From Candidatus Hodarchaeota archaeon (lineage in GTDB: Archaea; Asgardarchaeota; Heimdallarchaeia; Hodarchaeales; Hodarchaeaceae): DNA of 34,714 nucleotides. A program made the translations under genes and the position numbers. Each line of letters starts with the position of its first letter. Positions within the stretch are counted from its first letter, which is position 1. The notes under the pieces were generated by a model. That model did not search any database and was not told the origin of the DNA. It was given only the letters and a program-made list of their open reading frames with translations. The DNA lies in contig JAEOTM010000120.1 in assembly GCA_016839815.1 (NCBI GenBank), positions 1 to 34,714 on the forward strand, in the 5' to 3' direction. This document shows, piece by piece, positions 19,877-29,700 of the stretch.

Positions 19877-20244
19877 ATAATTGCCTCAATCTCTACATGA
19901 ACATCCCTCAGTAATGGACCAACTTGAACAGTTGATCGTGCAGGAGGATTTTTAGGAAAAAATTCAGCATAAGTAGCATTAAACTTTTCAAACAACCTCA
20001 TATCGGTTAAAAATACAGTAGTTTTTACTACATTCTTTAAAGATGTACCTGCTGCCTCTGCAATCGCAGAGAGATTTTGCATTACTTGACGAGTTTCAGC
20101 TTCAATGTTTTCATTAACTATCTTCTTAGTTTCAGGATTAACGGCAATCTGACCCGCTGTAAATAAGAAGTCTCCTACTTTTATGCCCTGACTATAGTAA
20201 CCTCCGGGAGGAGTCCCCCTTTCCGTTTTTATTACTTCAAGCAT
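19855..20244 (-). CDS. ridA: RidA family reactive enamine/imine deaminase
   Basis: YSQGIKVG, TAGQI, VVKTTVFL, PARSTV (catalytic Arg) and VEIEA. Confidence 0.92.
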   Translation of the reverse strand: MLEVIKTERGTPPGGYYSQGIKVGDFLFTAGQIAVNPETKKIVNENIEAETRQVMQNLSAIAEAAGTSLKNVVKTTVFLTDMRLFEKFNATYAEFFPKNPPARSTVQVGPLLRDVHVEIEAIIHCPSRS

Positions 20245-20313
20245 GAATTTATCCTCCTTCAGAGAAGCTTCCCCAACTTTTAATTATCTTACGAAGAGAA
20301 AAAGTAGGAATTT

Positions 20314-22128
20314 TTAGTAGTAATACCAGATACTTCTATAATCAGAAGGATCTTCTCCACCTTTCCTTAATTTCTCTAAATAGGATTGAATACTTACATC
20401 TGTATAGAGATATGGTTTTACTTTAGCAAGGTTTTTTTCCCATGGATGAAACGAATACATCCTTCTACCATCTGGAAGAATTGAGATAAGCTCATGATCC
20501 TGCCATGCCCGTAAATGATTTTTTCCCAGAAAAGGGACGTTGAAAACAGGTTCATCACCCCTAAAAATTCCTGGTAATAGACGTGCCTCTTCTTTTCTCT
20601 CCTGAAGAATTCGTGCCATCGGAACCGAGTAATCAATTATTTCATCTTTACCCTTCATATTAAAACTATAATATGGATCTATTCCAATTTCTTTGAGTTT
20701 AAGCCTAAGCACAGCGGTTTCAAATCGTTTACTGTTGTAAAAGGTAAAAACTTGTTGGTTATACACGTCTAATTCACTTTGTTTTACCTTCTTTATTGCT
20801 TCAGCCATATGATAAGTAATTTCATAGGGATGTTCCACATGAATTACCATACTAAGATATCTTTTTCCAATTTCCTGATATTTAGCAAAAATTTTGCATA
20901 ATTCTTTAGTGATCCGCATTGGAACAGTAATAGGAATTCTAGTGGCAATACGAATACTACGAATGTGTTGCATTTGAGACAAATGATCTAGTATGTATTC
21001 AATGCGATCATTAGACATAACAAGAGGATCTCCACCAGTAACTAATACATCCATAATCTCTTGATGTTCTTTAAACCAATCTAGAGCTTTATTCAAGGAT
21101 TCGTTACTAGCCATTGCTCCTGGCATAAAAGGAGATGTAATTTCCCAATTTCGTTGGCAGTAAACGCATATCTGTGGACAGGAATCATAGGGTTTGATGA
21201 TAGCTACCTTAGGATAACGTCTTGTAACCAATCGAACAGGGGAGGTATCTGATTCTCGCATAAAATCGAGACTTGAACGGTCTTCTCCAATATCTATCAT
21301 TTTTTTAACATATGATACTGGAGGGATTACTTGTCTACGAACACATAAATCTTTAGAACTGGGTCTTTCATCCATGAGATGTAAATAATGGGGAGTAATT
21401 CCAAAAGGAATATTATTTTCGAGAGCGAGCTGTATTGCAGAGTCTTCTTCTGACGTAAGCTCGATTAATTCCTTTAATACAGAAAAACTATCCAAATCCT
21501 TAAAGACATGTTTAAATTGCCAGCGCCAATCCATCCACTCTTCTTCAGACCCACCTAGAGCATCCAAAATTTTAAATTTATGTTGTATCCTTTCTTGTAT
21601 AATTTTCTTGTTGAAACCACTGGGGTATTTAATAAGATGAGTATTCATACTTTTTGCCAATTCATCTAAGTAGTTAGATCTTTTCACACTCGCTTCATGT
21701 CCAAAAATTCCTTCAAAATTAGGAATAGTGAGCTTATCCAAGAATAATGGTGGATAGATCTCTGCATTTCCGTTAATTGCATGAAATAGATGATAAAACT
21801 CTTGTATGAATCCATTATCAACTTCTGTATCTCCTTTTGTTGCAGCCATCCAGAGATGTTCAAGAGAAGAACAAAGAGCTAATCGTTCATTTCGAGGTGA
21901 AACAATATTTTTCATACACCTAACTGCTTCTTTCAAAATAATATAATCCCACGAAGCAATTTGAGTCATATCACGCCTGTATGCCCATTCTAATCCCTCT
22001 AAATAATGAATTAATTTTTCTCTGGCTTCATCAATGGTATTACTTCTTTTTAATAACATATATATTGCTGGATCTGAGTTCCAACAATTTTCCCATCTAG
22101 AATTCATTTCTTCGACGTTTGATAGCAT
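20314..22128 (-). CDS. KamA family radical SAM/PLP aminomutase, long form with N-terminal extension
   Basis: WMDWRWQ, ITPHY, VTRRYP, CPQICVYCQR (CX3CX2C), VTGGDPL, RIATR, PMRIT and PYY; candidate PLP Lys in PFLGKNH. Substrate unknown. Confidence 0.88.
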   Translation of the reverse strand: MLSNVEEMNSRWENCWNSDPAIYMLLKRSNTIDEAREKLIHYLEGLEWAYRRDMTQIASWDYIILKEAVRCMKNIVSPRNERLALCSSLEHLWMAATKGDTEVDNGFIQEFYHLFHAINGNAEIYPPLFLDKLTIPNFEGIFGHEASVKRSNYLDELAKSMNTHLIKYPSGFNKKIIQERIQHKFKILDALGGSEEEWMDWRWQFKHVFKDLDSFSVLKELIELTSEEDSAIQLALENNIPFGITPHYLHLMDERPSSKDLCVRRQVIPPVSYVKKMIDIGEDRSSLDFMRESDTSPVRLVTRRYPKVAIIKPYDSCPQICVYCQRNWEITSPFMPGAMASNESLNKALDWFKEHQEIMDVLVTGGDPLVMSNDRIEYILDHLSQMQHIRSIRIATRIPITVPMRITKELCKIFAKYQEIGKRYLSMVIHVEHPYEITYHMAEAIKKVKQSELDVYNQQVFTFYNSKRFETAVLRLKLKEIGIDPYYSFNMKGKDEIIDYSVPMARILQERKEEARLLPGIFRGDEPVFNVPFLGKNHLRAWQDHELISILPDGRRMYSFHPWEKNLAKVKPYLYTDVSIQSYLEKLRKGGEDPSDYRSIWYYY

Positions 22129-22137
22129 TACTAACTA

Positions 22138-22231
22138 CTCAGCTCTTTTGAGACTGAGAATAATAGCACCCTTAAGTAAAAAGACTCATTTAAGTTTAGG
22201 TGCTCATTCTCCTCAAGGACCCCGAGGGGTC
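22138..22231 (-). promoter_or_regulatory. Structured 5' leader (three stem-loops) upstream of the kamA-like gene
   Basis: Inverted repeats at 22138-22158, 22156-22211 and 22218-22231; see findings. Confidence 0.4.
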
Positions 22232-22414
22232 AATCTTCTTACTATAAGTATTTCTAACTTTTTGTGAAATGACAGAATAATATGTAGCGTTGGTCTGTCC
22301 CGGTATATGTATTCACTATTGAGCAGGTTTATATAGAGGAGATTTCAGCATAAGTCAAAACTATTTATTCTTAATAATGATTGATTTGATTGGATTATCT
22401 TAGGAAACAAGAAA

Positions 22415-23704
22415 ATGGAAATTGTTCCTGAAATAATGAGGTTAAAACCGTCAGCGACTTTAGCAATTAATGAACTAGTAATTAAAATGCGTAAGAAAGG
22501 ACAGAAAATTTATCATATGGGATTTGGAGAATCACCCTTTCCTGTGCAAGCAAGAGTTAAGAAAGCCTTATGTGCACATGCAGATAAGAAATACTATTCC
22601 CCTACTCAGGGTTTCCTCGCATTGCGAAAGCAAATCTGTTCATTTTATGAAAAAGTCTTCAACCTGAATTTTAAACCTAAGCAGGTTATAGTTGCCCTTG
22701 GTAGTAAATCATTGATTTTCCACGCAATCGCTGCACTTGAAGGTCCTCTTCTTCTCCCCACTCCATCTTGGGTAAGTTATCAGCATCAAGCATATCTAGT
22801 ACATAAGAAAGTTGTTTATATGGAGACTTCACCTAAGTCCTCATATCTTTTAACTCCGTCCTTATTACTGTCTTCTTTGGAAAAAACGCATCTAGATTTA
22901 TCTAAACAAAAATTGTTGTTATTGAATTATCCGGGTAATCCAACAGGACAGTCTTACACAAAGGAACAATTAGAGGCACTAGTACCGATCTTAAGGAAGC
23001 ATAATGTAATAGTCATTTCAGATGAAATCTATTCTTTGATAAGTTATAATGGGCAAAACCATTATTCCATTGCATCACTATATCCTGAGGGTACAATAGT
23101 GACTGGTGGATTCTCAAAAGACCGATCACTAGGGGGTTACAGGTTAGGTGTCCTACTACTTCCTAAACGAAACGATGATGTTAAACGGGCGATTCTATCA
23201 ATTGTGAGCGAGATATGGTCTTCTGCTTCGTCACCTATTCAATTTGCCGCTATTGATGCTTATAATCCTAATGAAGAGATGATGAATTTTATTCAGAGGT
23301 GTACAGATATCCATGGCATTATGACAAACTATGTTTATAGGCGCTTGAAAGATGCAGGAATATCATGTGTTGCACCTAAAGGTGGGTTTTACTTATTCCC
23401 AGATTGGAATGATAAGAAGAAAATACTCAAATCAATGAATCTAACAACCTCAAAAAAACTTGCGAAATATCTTCTTAGAGAATATAATCTCGCTTCCTTA
23501 CCAGGATCCGAATTTGGGATGCCAAGGAAATATTTATCTCTTCGTTTATCAACAGTCGATTATGATGGTGGTCTTGTACTAAAAGAATACACTGAAAATA
23601 CCTCAATAGTGCAAAAAAATCCAATAAAATTCGTGGAACAATACGCTCCGAATCTAGTAACAGCCTGTGACATTTTAGAGAAATTCACATCTTCTTTACA
23701 GTAA
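22415..23704 (+). CDS. PLP-dependent aminotransferase class I/II (aspartate aminotransferase-like)
   Basis: PSATLAIN, GFGESPF, PSWVSY, NYPGNPTG, SDEIY, GGFSK (PLP Lys), GYRLG and GGFY. Confidence 0.92.
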   Translation: MEIVPEIMRLKPSATLAINELVIKMRKKGQKIYHMGFGESPFPVQARVKKALCAHADKKYYSPTQGFLALRKQICSFYEKVFNLNFKPKQVIVALGSKSLIFHAIAALEGPLLLPTPSWVSYQHQAYLVHKKVVYMETSPKSSYLLTPSLLLSSLEKTHLDLSKQKLLLLNYPGNPTGQSYTKEQLEALVPILRKHNVIVISDEIYSLISYNGQNHYSIASLYPEGTIVTGGFSKDRSLGGYRLGVLLLPKRNDDVKRAILSIVSEIWSSASSPIQFAAIDAYNPNEEMMNFIQRCTDIHGIMTNYVYRRLKDAGISCVAPKGGFYLFPDWNDKKKILKSMNLTTSKKLAKYLLREYNLASLPGSEFGMPRKYLSLRLSTVDYDGGLVLKEYTENTSIVQKNPIKFVEQYAPNLVTACDILEKFTSSLQ

Positions 23705-23792
23705 TTCTATTCTATAGTAATGCTCATAATACTCATTACTCGCCAGTAATGATATCTTTTTCTCATATTTACTAGCTGGACTTATTTCAGAT

Positions 23793-24414
23793 TTACTTCT
23801 TCTTCTTTCTTTTAGTCTTGGAATCCTTTTCAAAGAGTAATTTTCGGACAAACGAACCCAAAAATACGAAGACTATACAGAATCCTGTTGTAAGAAATAA
23901 TTCAACAACTAGATTGGCTGGTATTAAAATAAGTCAATTTGAAAAATTCCTCTCCAAGTCCTTGGACTACTTGTTGGTCTTCAGGGGATAATCCTGCAGT
24001 TGGTATTGTAGCTGGAGTAATTATAGCGAGTACTAGCCCAAAAATTGTACTTAACACGAATAATAATAGTACTGAAGGAATTCCTTTCTTTATTCCAACA
24101 AAATAACCTATTAATCCACTAGCTCCTAATAGTAAAAGAAATAGTATCAAGGAAGGTAATGAGAGTGGAGAAAGTAAAATGTTTAAGCTAATTACGTGAA
24201 TAAATGTAGAGGAAGTCCATAAGTTGAATACTAAACCAAAATACTCAAACGTATAGCTACTAGTGGATCCATATCGCTGAAGAAATTCTTTTAGCGCGGA
24301 GAATGGATCTGCCAAGGCAATTAAAGATAATCCTACAGTACCTACGGCAACTAGCACCCAACCTGAAAAACTGACGATAAAAGTTTCCTTTATATACGCT
24401 TTCATTTTCTTCAA
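23793..24414 (-). pseudogene. Membrane protein gene with an apparent frameshift near 23926-23929
   Basis: The track ORF ends ...KLTYFNTSQSSC*. Removing one T from TATTTTAATA gives ...KLTYLIPANLVVELFLTTGFCIVFVFLGSFVRKLLFEKDSKTKRKKKK* (stop 23793-23795), a natural final TM plus basic tail. Could be an assembly error. Confidence 0.65.
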
Positions 24415-24818
24415 TCCTTCTTTTGCCGATTACATTGGTGTTGCCTTCTCATTCTGCTGACAAGAGGGATTACTATCACTAATAATGTGAAGAAACTAAA
24501 CCCTGATACATCAAGATTACTCATTACATTATCTATATCGCTTGCATACTCCGCTACCTGTTGTGCATCTTCACCCCAATATGGTGGCAACTCAACATAA
24601 TAATTTAGGACATAGTATCCTTCACCTCGGTACAAGGTATCTGTCCCCGAAATAAGTTTAGCAATACCCAGTTGTGTTTCCCTAATGGTTTCTGTATGGT
24701 GTTGAGTTAAAACCTCTGCAACTTTGGCAAGGAACGATGGTGGCACATATGTTGAATATACTCAGAGTGTAAAGCGATAATGGAAATTTGCATAATCATC
24801 TTCATCTGAAAAATTCAC
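24411..24818 (-). pseudogene. C-terminal remnant of a secreted protein with an SGF-TM-basic sorting tail
   Basis: Ends VSGFSFFTLLVIVIPLVSRMRR but has no signal peptide. The frame extends upstream (VNFSDEDDYANFHYRFTL) across an in-frame TGA at 24762-24764 and then closes. Confidence 0.55.
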
Positions 24819-24867
24819 CTGATTCTTTTATATAGTCTTTTGGTTGTGTAATCGGAAAAAATTATTA

Positions 24868-24885
24868 TTAAACCTTAGGGTTAAA
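24868..24885 (+). promoter_or_regulatory. Putative ArsR autoregulatory operator
   Basis: Imperfect palindrome TTAAACC-TTAG-GGTTAAA about 15 bp upstream of the arsR-family start. Confidence 0.6.
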
Positions 24886-24899
24886 TATCAAATAACAAT

Positions 24900-25292
24900 A
24901 TGAATCTTCATCAAAAAACTCCAGATCCTCTTAGTCGCGTTTTTTTGGCTCTGGCGCATCCTATTAGACGAAAAATTCTTTCAAGTCTCGTAAATGGAGA
25001 AGTATCAGTGGGAGAGCTAGCAGAAATAGTACAAAGAATTCCCAAATATGACAATATAAGTCTTGTAGCAGTCACGAAGCATATGAAAATCTTAGAAAAA
25101 GCAGGTCTCATAACAAAACGCAAGGACAAACAACTAAGGCTTTCATATCTACAAGCAAAACCATTGAGAGAGGCAGGCGAGTGGATTATCGGATATCGAC
25201 AATTTTGGGATGAGAGCTTGGATAAATTAGAAGAATATATTGAAGAACAGAAAAAGAAGGAAAAACAAAATGAAACAACAAACAGTAAATGA
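24900..25292 (+). CDS. ArsR/SmtB family transcriptional regulator
   Basis: VFLALAHPIRRKIL, SVGELA, VTKHMKILEKAGLI and FWDESLDKLEEY, typical of SRPBCC-associated ArsR proteins. Confidence 0.92.
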   Translation: MNLHQKTPDPLSRVFLALAHPIRRKILSSLVNGEVSVGELAEIVQRIPKYDNISLVAVTKHMKILEKAGLITKRKDKQLRLSYLQAKPLREAGEWIIGYRQFWDESLDKLEEYIEEQKKKEKQNETTNSK

Positions 25293-25740
25293 AAATATAA
25301 AAGAATTGACGATCACACGAACATTTAATGCAAACCGTGAGATGGTTTTTAAAATGTGGACTGATCCAGAACACGTTTCCAAATGGTATGGCCCTAAAGG
25401 GTTTTCAATCACTGAATGTAAAATAGATTTACGTCCTGGTGGTGAATGGTTAGCACAAATGAAATCACCTGATGGTAAAGTCTATCCATCAAAAGGGTTC
25501 TACAAAGAAATCGTCCCCTCGGAAAAACTTGTCTTCTTGTTTCCCTCACATTTTGATGAGAATGGAAATTCACAGGTTGAAATGTTAAATACTGTCACTT
25601 TGATTGAGAAGGAAGGTAAAACAAAGATGACTCTTCATATAGTTGAGGTTAAAACCATCCCTGGTGTAGTACCGCTCAAAGGTTTAGATTATGCTTGGGG
25701 ACAAAGTTTCGATAAGTTAGCAGCAGTTTTAGAAGAATAA
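25270..25740 (+). CDS. SRPBCC/AHSA1-like (START-fold) protein
   Basis: ITRTFNA.REMVFKMWTDPE...WYGP, DLRPGG and W...FDKL. Start placed at ATG 25270, overlapping the arsR 3' end. Confidence 0.9.
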   Translation: MKQQTVNENIKELTITRTFNANREMVFKMWTDPEHVSKWYGPKGFSITECKIDLRPGGEWLAQMKSPDGKVYPSKGFYKEIVPSEKLVFLFPSHFDENGNSQVEMLNTVTLIEKEGKTKMTLHIVEVKTIPGVVPLKGLDYAWGQSFDKLAAVLEE

Positions 25741-25755
25741 ATTCGTTTCTTCAGT

Positions 25756-26265
25756 TTACATCATTAACGGATTTGTGATAAGGTAATTATAGACAAACCT
25801 TAACAGTTTTTTTTCCACAGCCCATTCTATTAAGTTATAAGCAATTTCAAAGCTGCACCATTTCCAAGCTGTATGTTCAGCAGGATTTAACACTGGATCT
25901 TGAGATTGATCTATACATGCAATGAAATTATAAAATATAATCTCTTTCATTGCTTCTTGAAGGTGAAGAGGAGATTTTTCCCCTTCATCCTCTTCATTTT
26001 CTGTGTAGAATTCATGAGGAATGTTAAGTGGGTGTATAAGAGTAGGAATGTATCCCGTTTCTTCAAAAAGTTCTCTTTTTGCACACTCAAGGGGGTCCTC
26101 TCCTTTCGGATGATCAAGCGCCCCCATTGTATCTCCAACAGAGCCACTCACACATTGCCAATTATAACTCAATGTAGCTCTTTTTATGATAAGGAACTCT
26201 ATATCGTTATTTTTGTGTCTAATGGGATAAACATTAACCATAGTTTTCTGAACCATTTTTTTCAC
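25756..26265 (-). CDS. Nudix hydrolase (NudB-like)
   Basis: EFLIIKR, WQCVSG...GEDPLECAKRELFEETG and LNPAEHTAWKW. Confidence 0.85.
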   Translation of the reverse strand: MKKMVQKTMVNVYPIRHKNNDIEFLIIKRATLSYNWQCVSGSVGDTMGALDHPKGEDPLECAKRELFEETGYIPTLIHPLNIPHEFYTENEEDEGEKSPLHLQEAMKEIIFYNFIACIDQSQDPVLNPAEHTAWKWCSFEIAYNLIEWAVEKKLLRFVYNYLITNPLMM

Positions 26266-26332
26266 CTATATTTCAAATGAGTAGCATCTCTATAGGCTTT
26301 AAATAACAAACTTGAACTTATTATTGCCTCTT

Positions 26333-26473
26333 CTATAAATTGATTGTAAGTTTTCCCCTTAGATGACCTTTTTCAAGATAACAGATTGCATCTGGAACCT
26401 TTTCCAAAGTGTAACTCCGATCGATAACTGTTTTTATTTTTCCAGCTTCAAGAAGATGTGGGATTCGCCACAT
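26333..26473 (-). pseudogene. C-terminal remnant of a medium-chain NAD(P)-dependent dehydrogenase/quinone oxidoreductase
   Basis: Manual translation (MWRIPH)LLEAGKIKTVIDRSYTLEKVPDAICYLEKGHLRGKLTINL* matches the MDR C-terminal pattern GKIKxVIDRxYxL...GHxxGK; the rest of the gene is absent. Confidence 0.75.
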
Positions 26474-26510
26474 ATGAGATCAACTTCTTGCACCTCTAAT
26501 TTTCTCCGTA

Positions 26511-26768
26511 TTGCGTTTTACACCCAAAGTAAAAAGAATACACTATTATGGTAATTCTTTTTCTGGAGTCTTAGTCTCATATTTTTTTGTTAAAGACGAT
26601 TATGGTGAATATATTCTTGATAACGCTGATGCTTTTCTTGTTGAAATAAATATGAGCTTACTAGATATACATGTGAACAGAGCCCCAACTGATGGAAATA
26701 TTGAAACAGTCAGCGGTCAGAAGGCTGTTTTTCGGGTTAAGTTTGGGCAAAAAATCTTTCAATTGTAA
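26511..26768 (+). pseudogene. Internal fragment of phosphatidylserine/archaetidylserine decarboxylase
   Basis: VEINMSLLDIHVNRAPTDGNI matches the Psd motif IxMSxxDVHVNRAPxxG; the N-terminus and the GS autocleavage site are missing. Confidence 0.7.
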
Positions 26769-29700
26769 TAGCGTTCTTTGCTTTTTGCTTTTTCTTTTTT
26801 ATCATAATTGCGGAACCATTTATAACAGTAACAACAATTAAAACTGGCACAACTGGGTCGTTATTAAATTCTAACAATACTCCGACCAGTAATGAAATAG
26901 TATCATCTTCATGAGACGAAATTGTAGTGGTGGTATCTCCTTTAGAGTTATATTCCACTGCTACATAGTCAATAAATAAAATTTGCTTTTGAGAATCAGA
27001 AAATATATTATCAGATACATACCTCCATCTAATACTAGTACCAACTATTCCTGTAAAGCTAGATAAAGAAATATTGTACCATTGCAAAGTATCATTGTCA
27101 ATATTGATGTTTGAATTTATCCATGAATTATCATTTGAATCCCAAAATTCGATAGAAATGTTTTTTCCTTCAGCAACAGCTGCATAAATCGTAATAGTAT
27201 AATCTGATCCATCTTGATCAATACCGAGTACTTGATGATGCCCTAACAAATGATTTTCATCGGATGTAAAAGAATTTTCTTCTGATCCCCAAAAAACTTG
27301 TACGGTATCATCAACATCTAAAGAAGCTGATAGAGAGGAAACTGATGGATTACCATAATAAAGATAAATAATTTGATTCGATCGAGATAAGTCACCATCT
27401 AATTCCACCCAAAAACGAGCGTGTTTGCCAACCGTTCCGTTCAAGAATCCTTCCGATCCCCATGCAAACAGTTTGATGAAATTAAAATTTGAACCAGAAA
27501 TGTGCCACTCCGTAATATATAGAGTGAATTCGTCATCATAACCTCCTCTTGGGATAAAAGCCTGATGCCAACCGGGACTAACACCATCCCACGTATAAAT
27601 CGTTTCCTCTAATGTCCACATTGTTCCGTTCCAGCTGTAACGTACCAAATCCCTATCTTCTGCACCAAAATAAGCAGTTATATTAGTCGATGAATGAACA
27701 ATGAAATCAGTTGGGGGACTATTTCGATAATAAGTGCTGACATTATCAATATCTGACCATGCCGATAACGTGTCGTTCCAATAACGAAACATAACTTTTG
27801 CATTATCAGGAGGAGGGACAACCATTCCCCAAACGATATAAGGATTACTATTAGCATCTACATGTACTTTTTCAGCTTGAACAGCAGTGAATTGAGAATT
27901 AAAGACCAGACAATAATCATCTTCATCATAACTTATTTGTGTACCTAGATCATAATCAGAGGCATTATACAAACGACCCGAGGTAATATTGAGGTAAGCG
28001 TAAAAAATAGACTCATAATTTCCACTACGAGATCCATTGTACCTACTCCAGACTATATGAAGAAGTTCCTGATTGTTAGGGTCGAGTTCACCTTGCTCAT
28101 AATATATAGTCGTTCCGTTTGGTGGTTGGCCGTCACCTATATTGAGATTGACAATAATCTGAGCATCACTCCATGTATATCCATGATCAGTAGAATTCAT
28201 ATAAACCATGACAACTCCCGTACCCGTAATAATCTCTCTATGCGTCATATGAACAACATCATTAATCGTATCATAAAAAACATGAGGATAGGTCATGTCA
28301 GGTGAACCATCATCACTAGTTGACCATACTCCAGTATAATTACCATTAAGGATGTGAACCCAACTACTGATATCTTCTGGATATTCTGAGACATAGTGCT
28401 GGAAATAGTCATTGTGACTCCCAGCAAAAATATGTATATACCCATCGTTATCCACAAAAAGGGCTGGTGAGCCGTGAGTATCAGTATAACCCAAAACATT
28501 CTCTGATACATACACTACGTCTCCCCATGTATCATTTTCATGATCATAATAGGTAATGTGTATATTAAGATAAGCTGGGTCTCTACTCTGATCTAATTCT
28601 CCAACAAAACCACAATAAGTACGATTATTATAATAATACGCAGCTGGATAATTGAAAAGATAATGACCATAAGCTACACTAGAATTAGTGAAGTGAAAAG
28701 TGTTATCTTCTTCAAAAGTAGTTTCAAGCCAGTAATTGAGTAAGGTTTTTCCTTGATCATCAGTGAATCGAATATCGTCAAAATCGGGCTGGCTTTTTCT
28801 ATCAGTAAATACTCTTATTCCATGATCCGTACTTGCTTGATAATAATCCCCATAGTACACATCAATAGGGATTGTATATTTCGGACCAGTAGAGGTATCT
28901 TGTGGTAAAAATATGGCTTTTCGATAGTCCCAACCTGCTAACCAGTTCACATTTTCAATATATGTTATATTCAAGAATGCATGATGATCATCAGAATTTT
29001 CATAAGATTCTAATTGATTATCATTTGGTAAATATCTATCTAATGAATACTGTACGCCAAAATAGTATCCAGATTGCCATTCTGGTAGTTTTACTTGATC
29101 TTGAAGCATGTTTGTGATAACTGTTGTACCCCATGCTGATGCACTCTTATTAAAAGGATGATAGGCGAGATTAGTGTCAGTAACATCTGGTATCTCAGTA
29201 TCACTCTCGAGAGCACCTACGTTAGTTTCATTAATTCTCCTAACAGTTGCATCATACTCACCAGATTCCTGTATCTCCCATACATTAACGGTAGCATATT
29301 GTATTGTCGAATATTGTGGAATTGGCACACTCCATCGAAAATTAGAATATTCTCGACCTCTAGTTGGATCATACGTAACACGAACTCGAATTTCTTCGGT
29401 GTGATGAGTCCAACCTGACTTATTTTGCCAATAATCATCATCTACACCACTTGCAATGGGAATTATGAGATTTTTTGATACTTCCTCAACATAGCTGACA
29501 TTTATATAGGAATGATGAGTATTGATGTGTGAATAATCCTCAAATGAATTAGTAACATCATCCTCCGAATTCATACTGAATCTTACACCAAAATAATTGC
29601 CATGGACCCAATCTCCCAAATTTAACTGATCTTGAAGCATATCTGTTATATTTATTACCTTCCATTCACTTCCCGAATTATCGAAATCATGTTCAACCGA

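Noticed and set aside
20314-22128. Assigning kamA/ablA/epmB as the gene symbol
   Set aside because: The family is clear, but the long form, altered PLP-lysine context and absence of partner genes leave the substrate unresolved.
22156-22211. AUGA-containing hairpin as a SECIS element or known riboswitch
   Set aside because: There is no 3' GA partner for the non-Watson-Crick quartet, it lies 5' of a gene with no in-frame TGA, and its resemblance to glycine/TPP motifs is only fragmentary.
23902-23904. TGA after Cys as possible selenocysteine readthrough
   Set aside because: A one-base frameshift restores a much more natural TM+basic tail; no selenoprotein family context or SECIS was seen.
24762-24764. 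In-frame TGA as recoding
   Set aside because: The frame closes again about 20 codons upstream and has no signal peptide, so a pseudogene is the simpler explanation. Other genes in the window use TGA as a normal stop.
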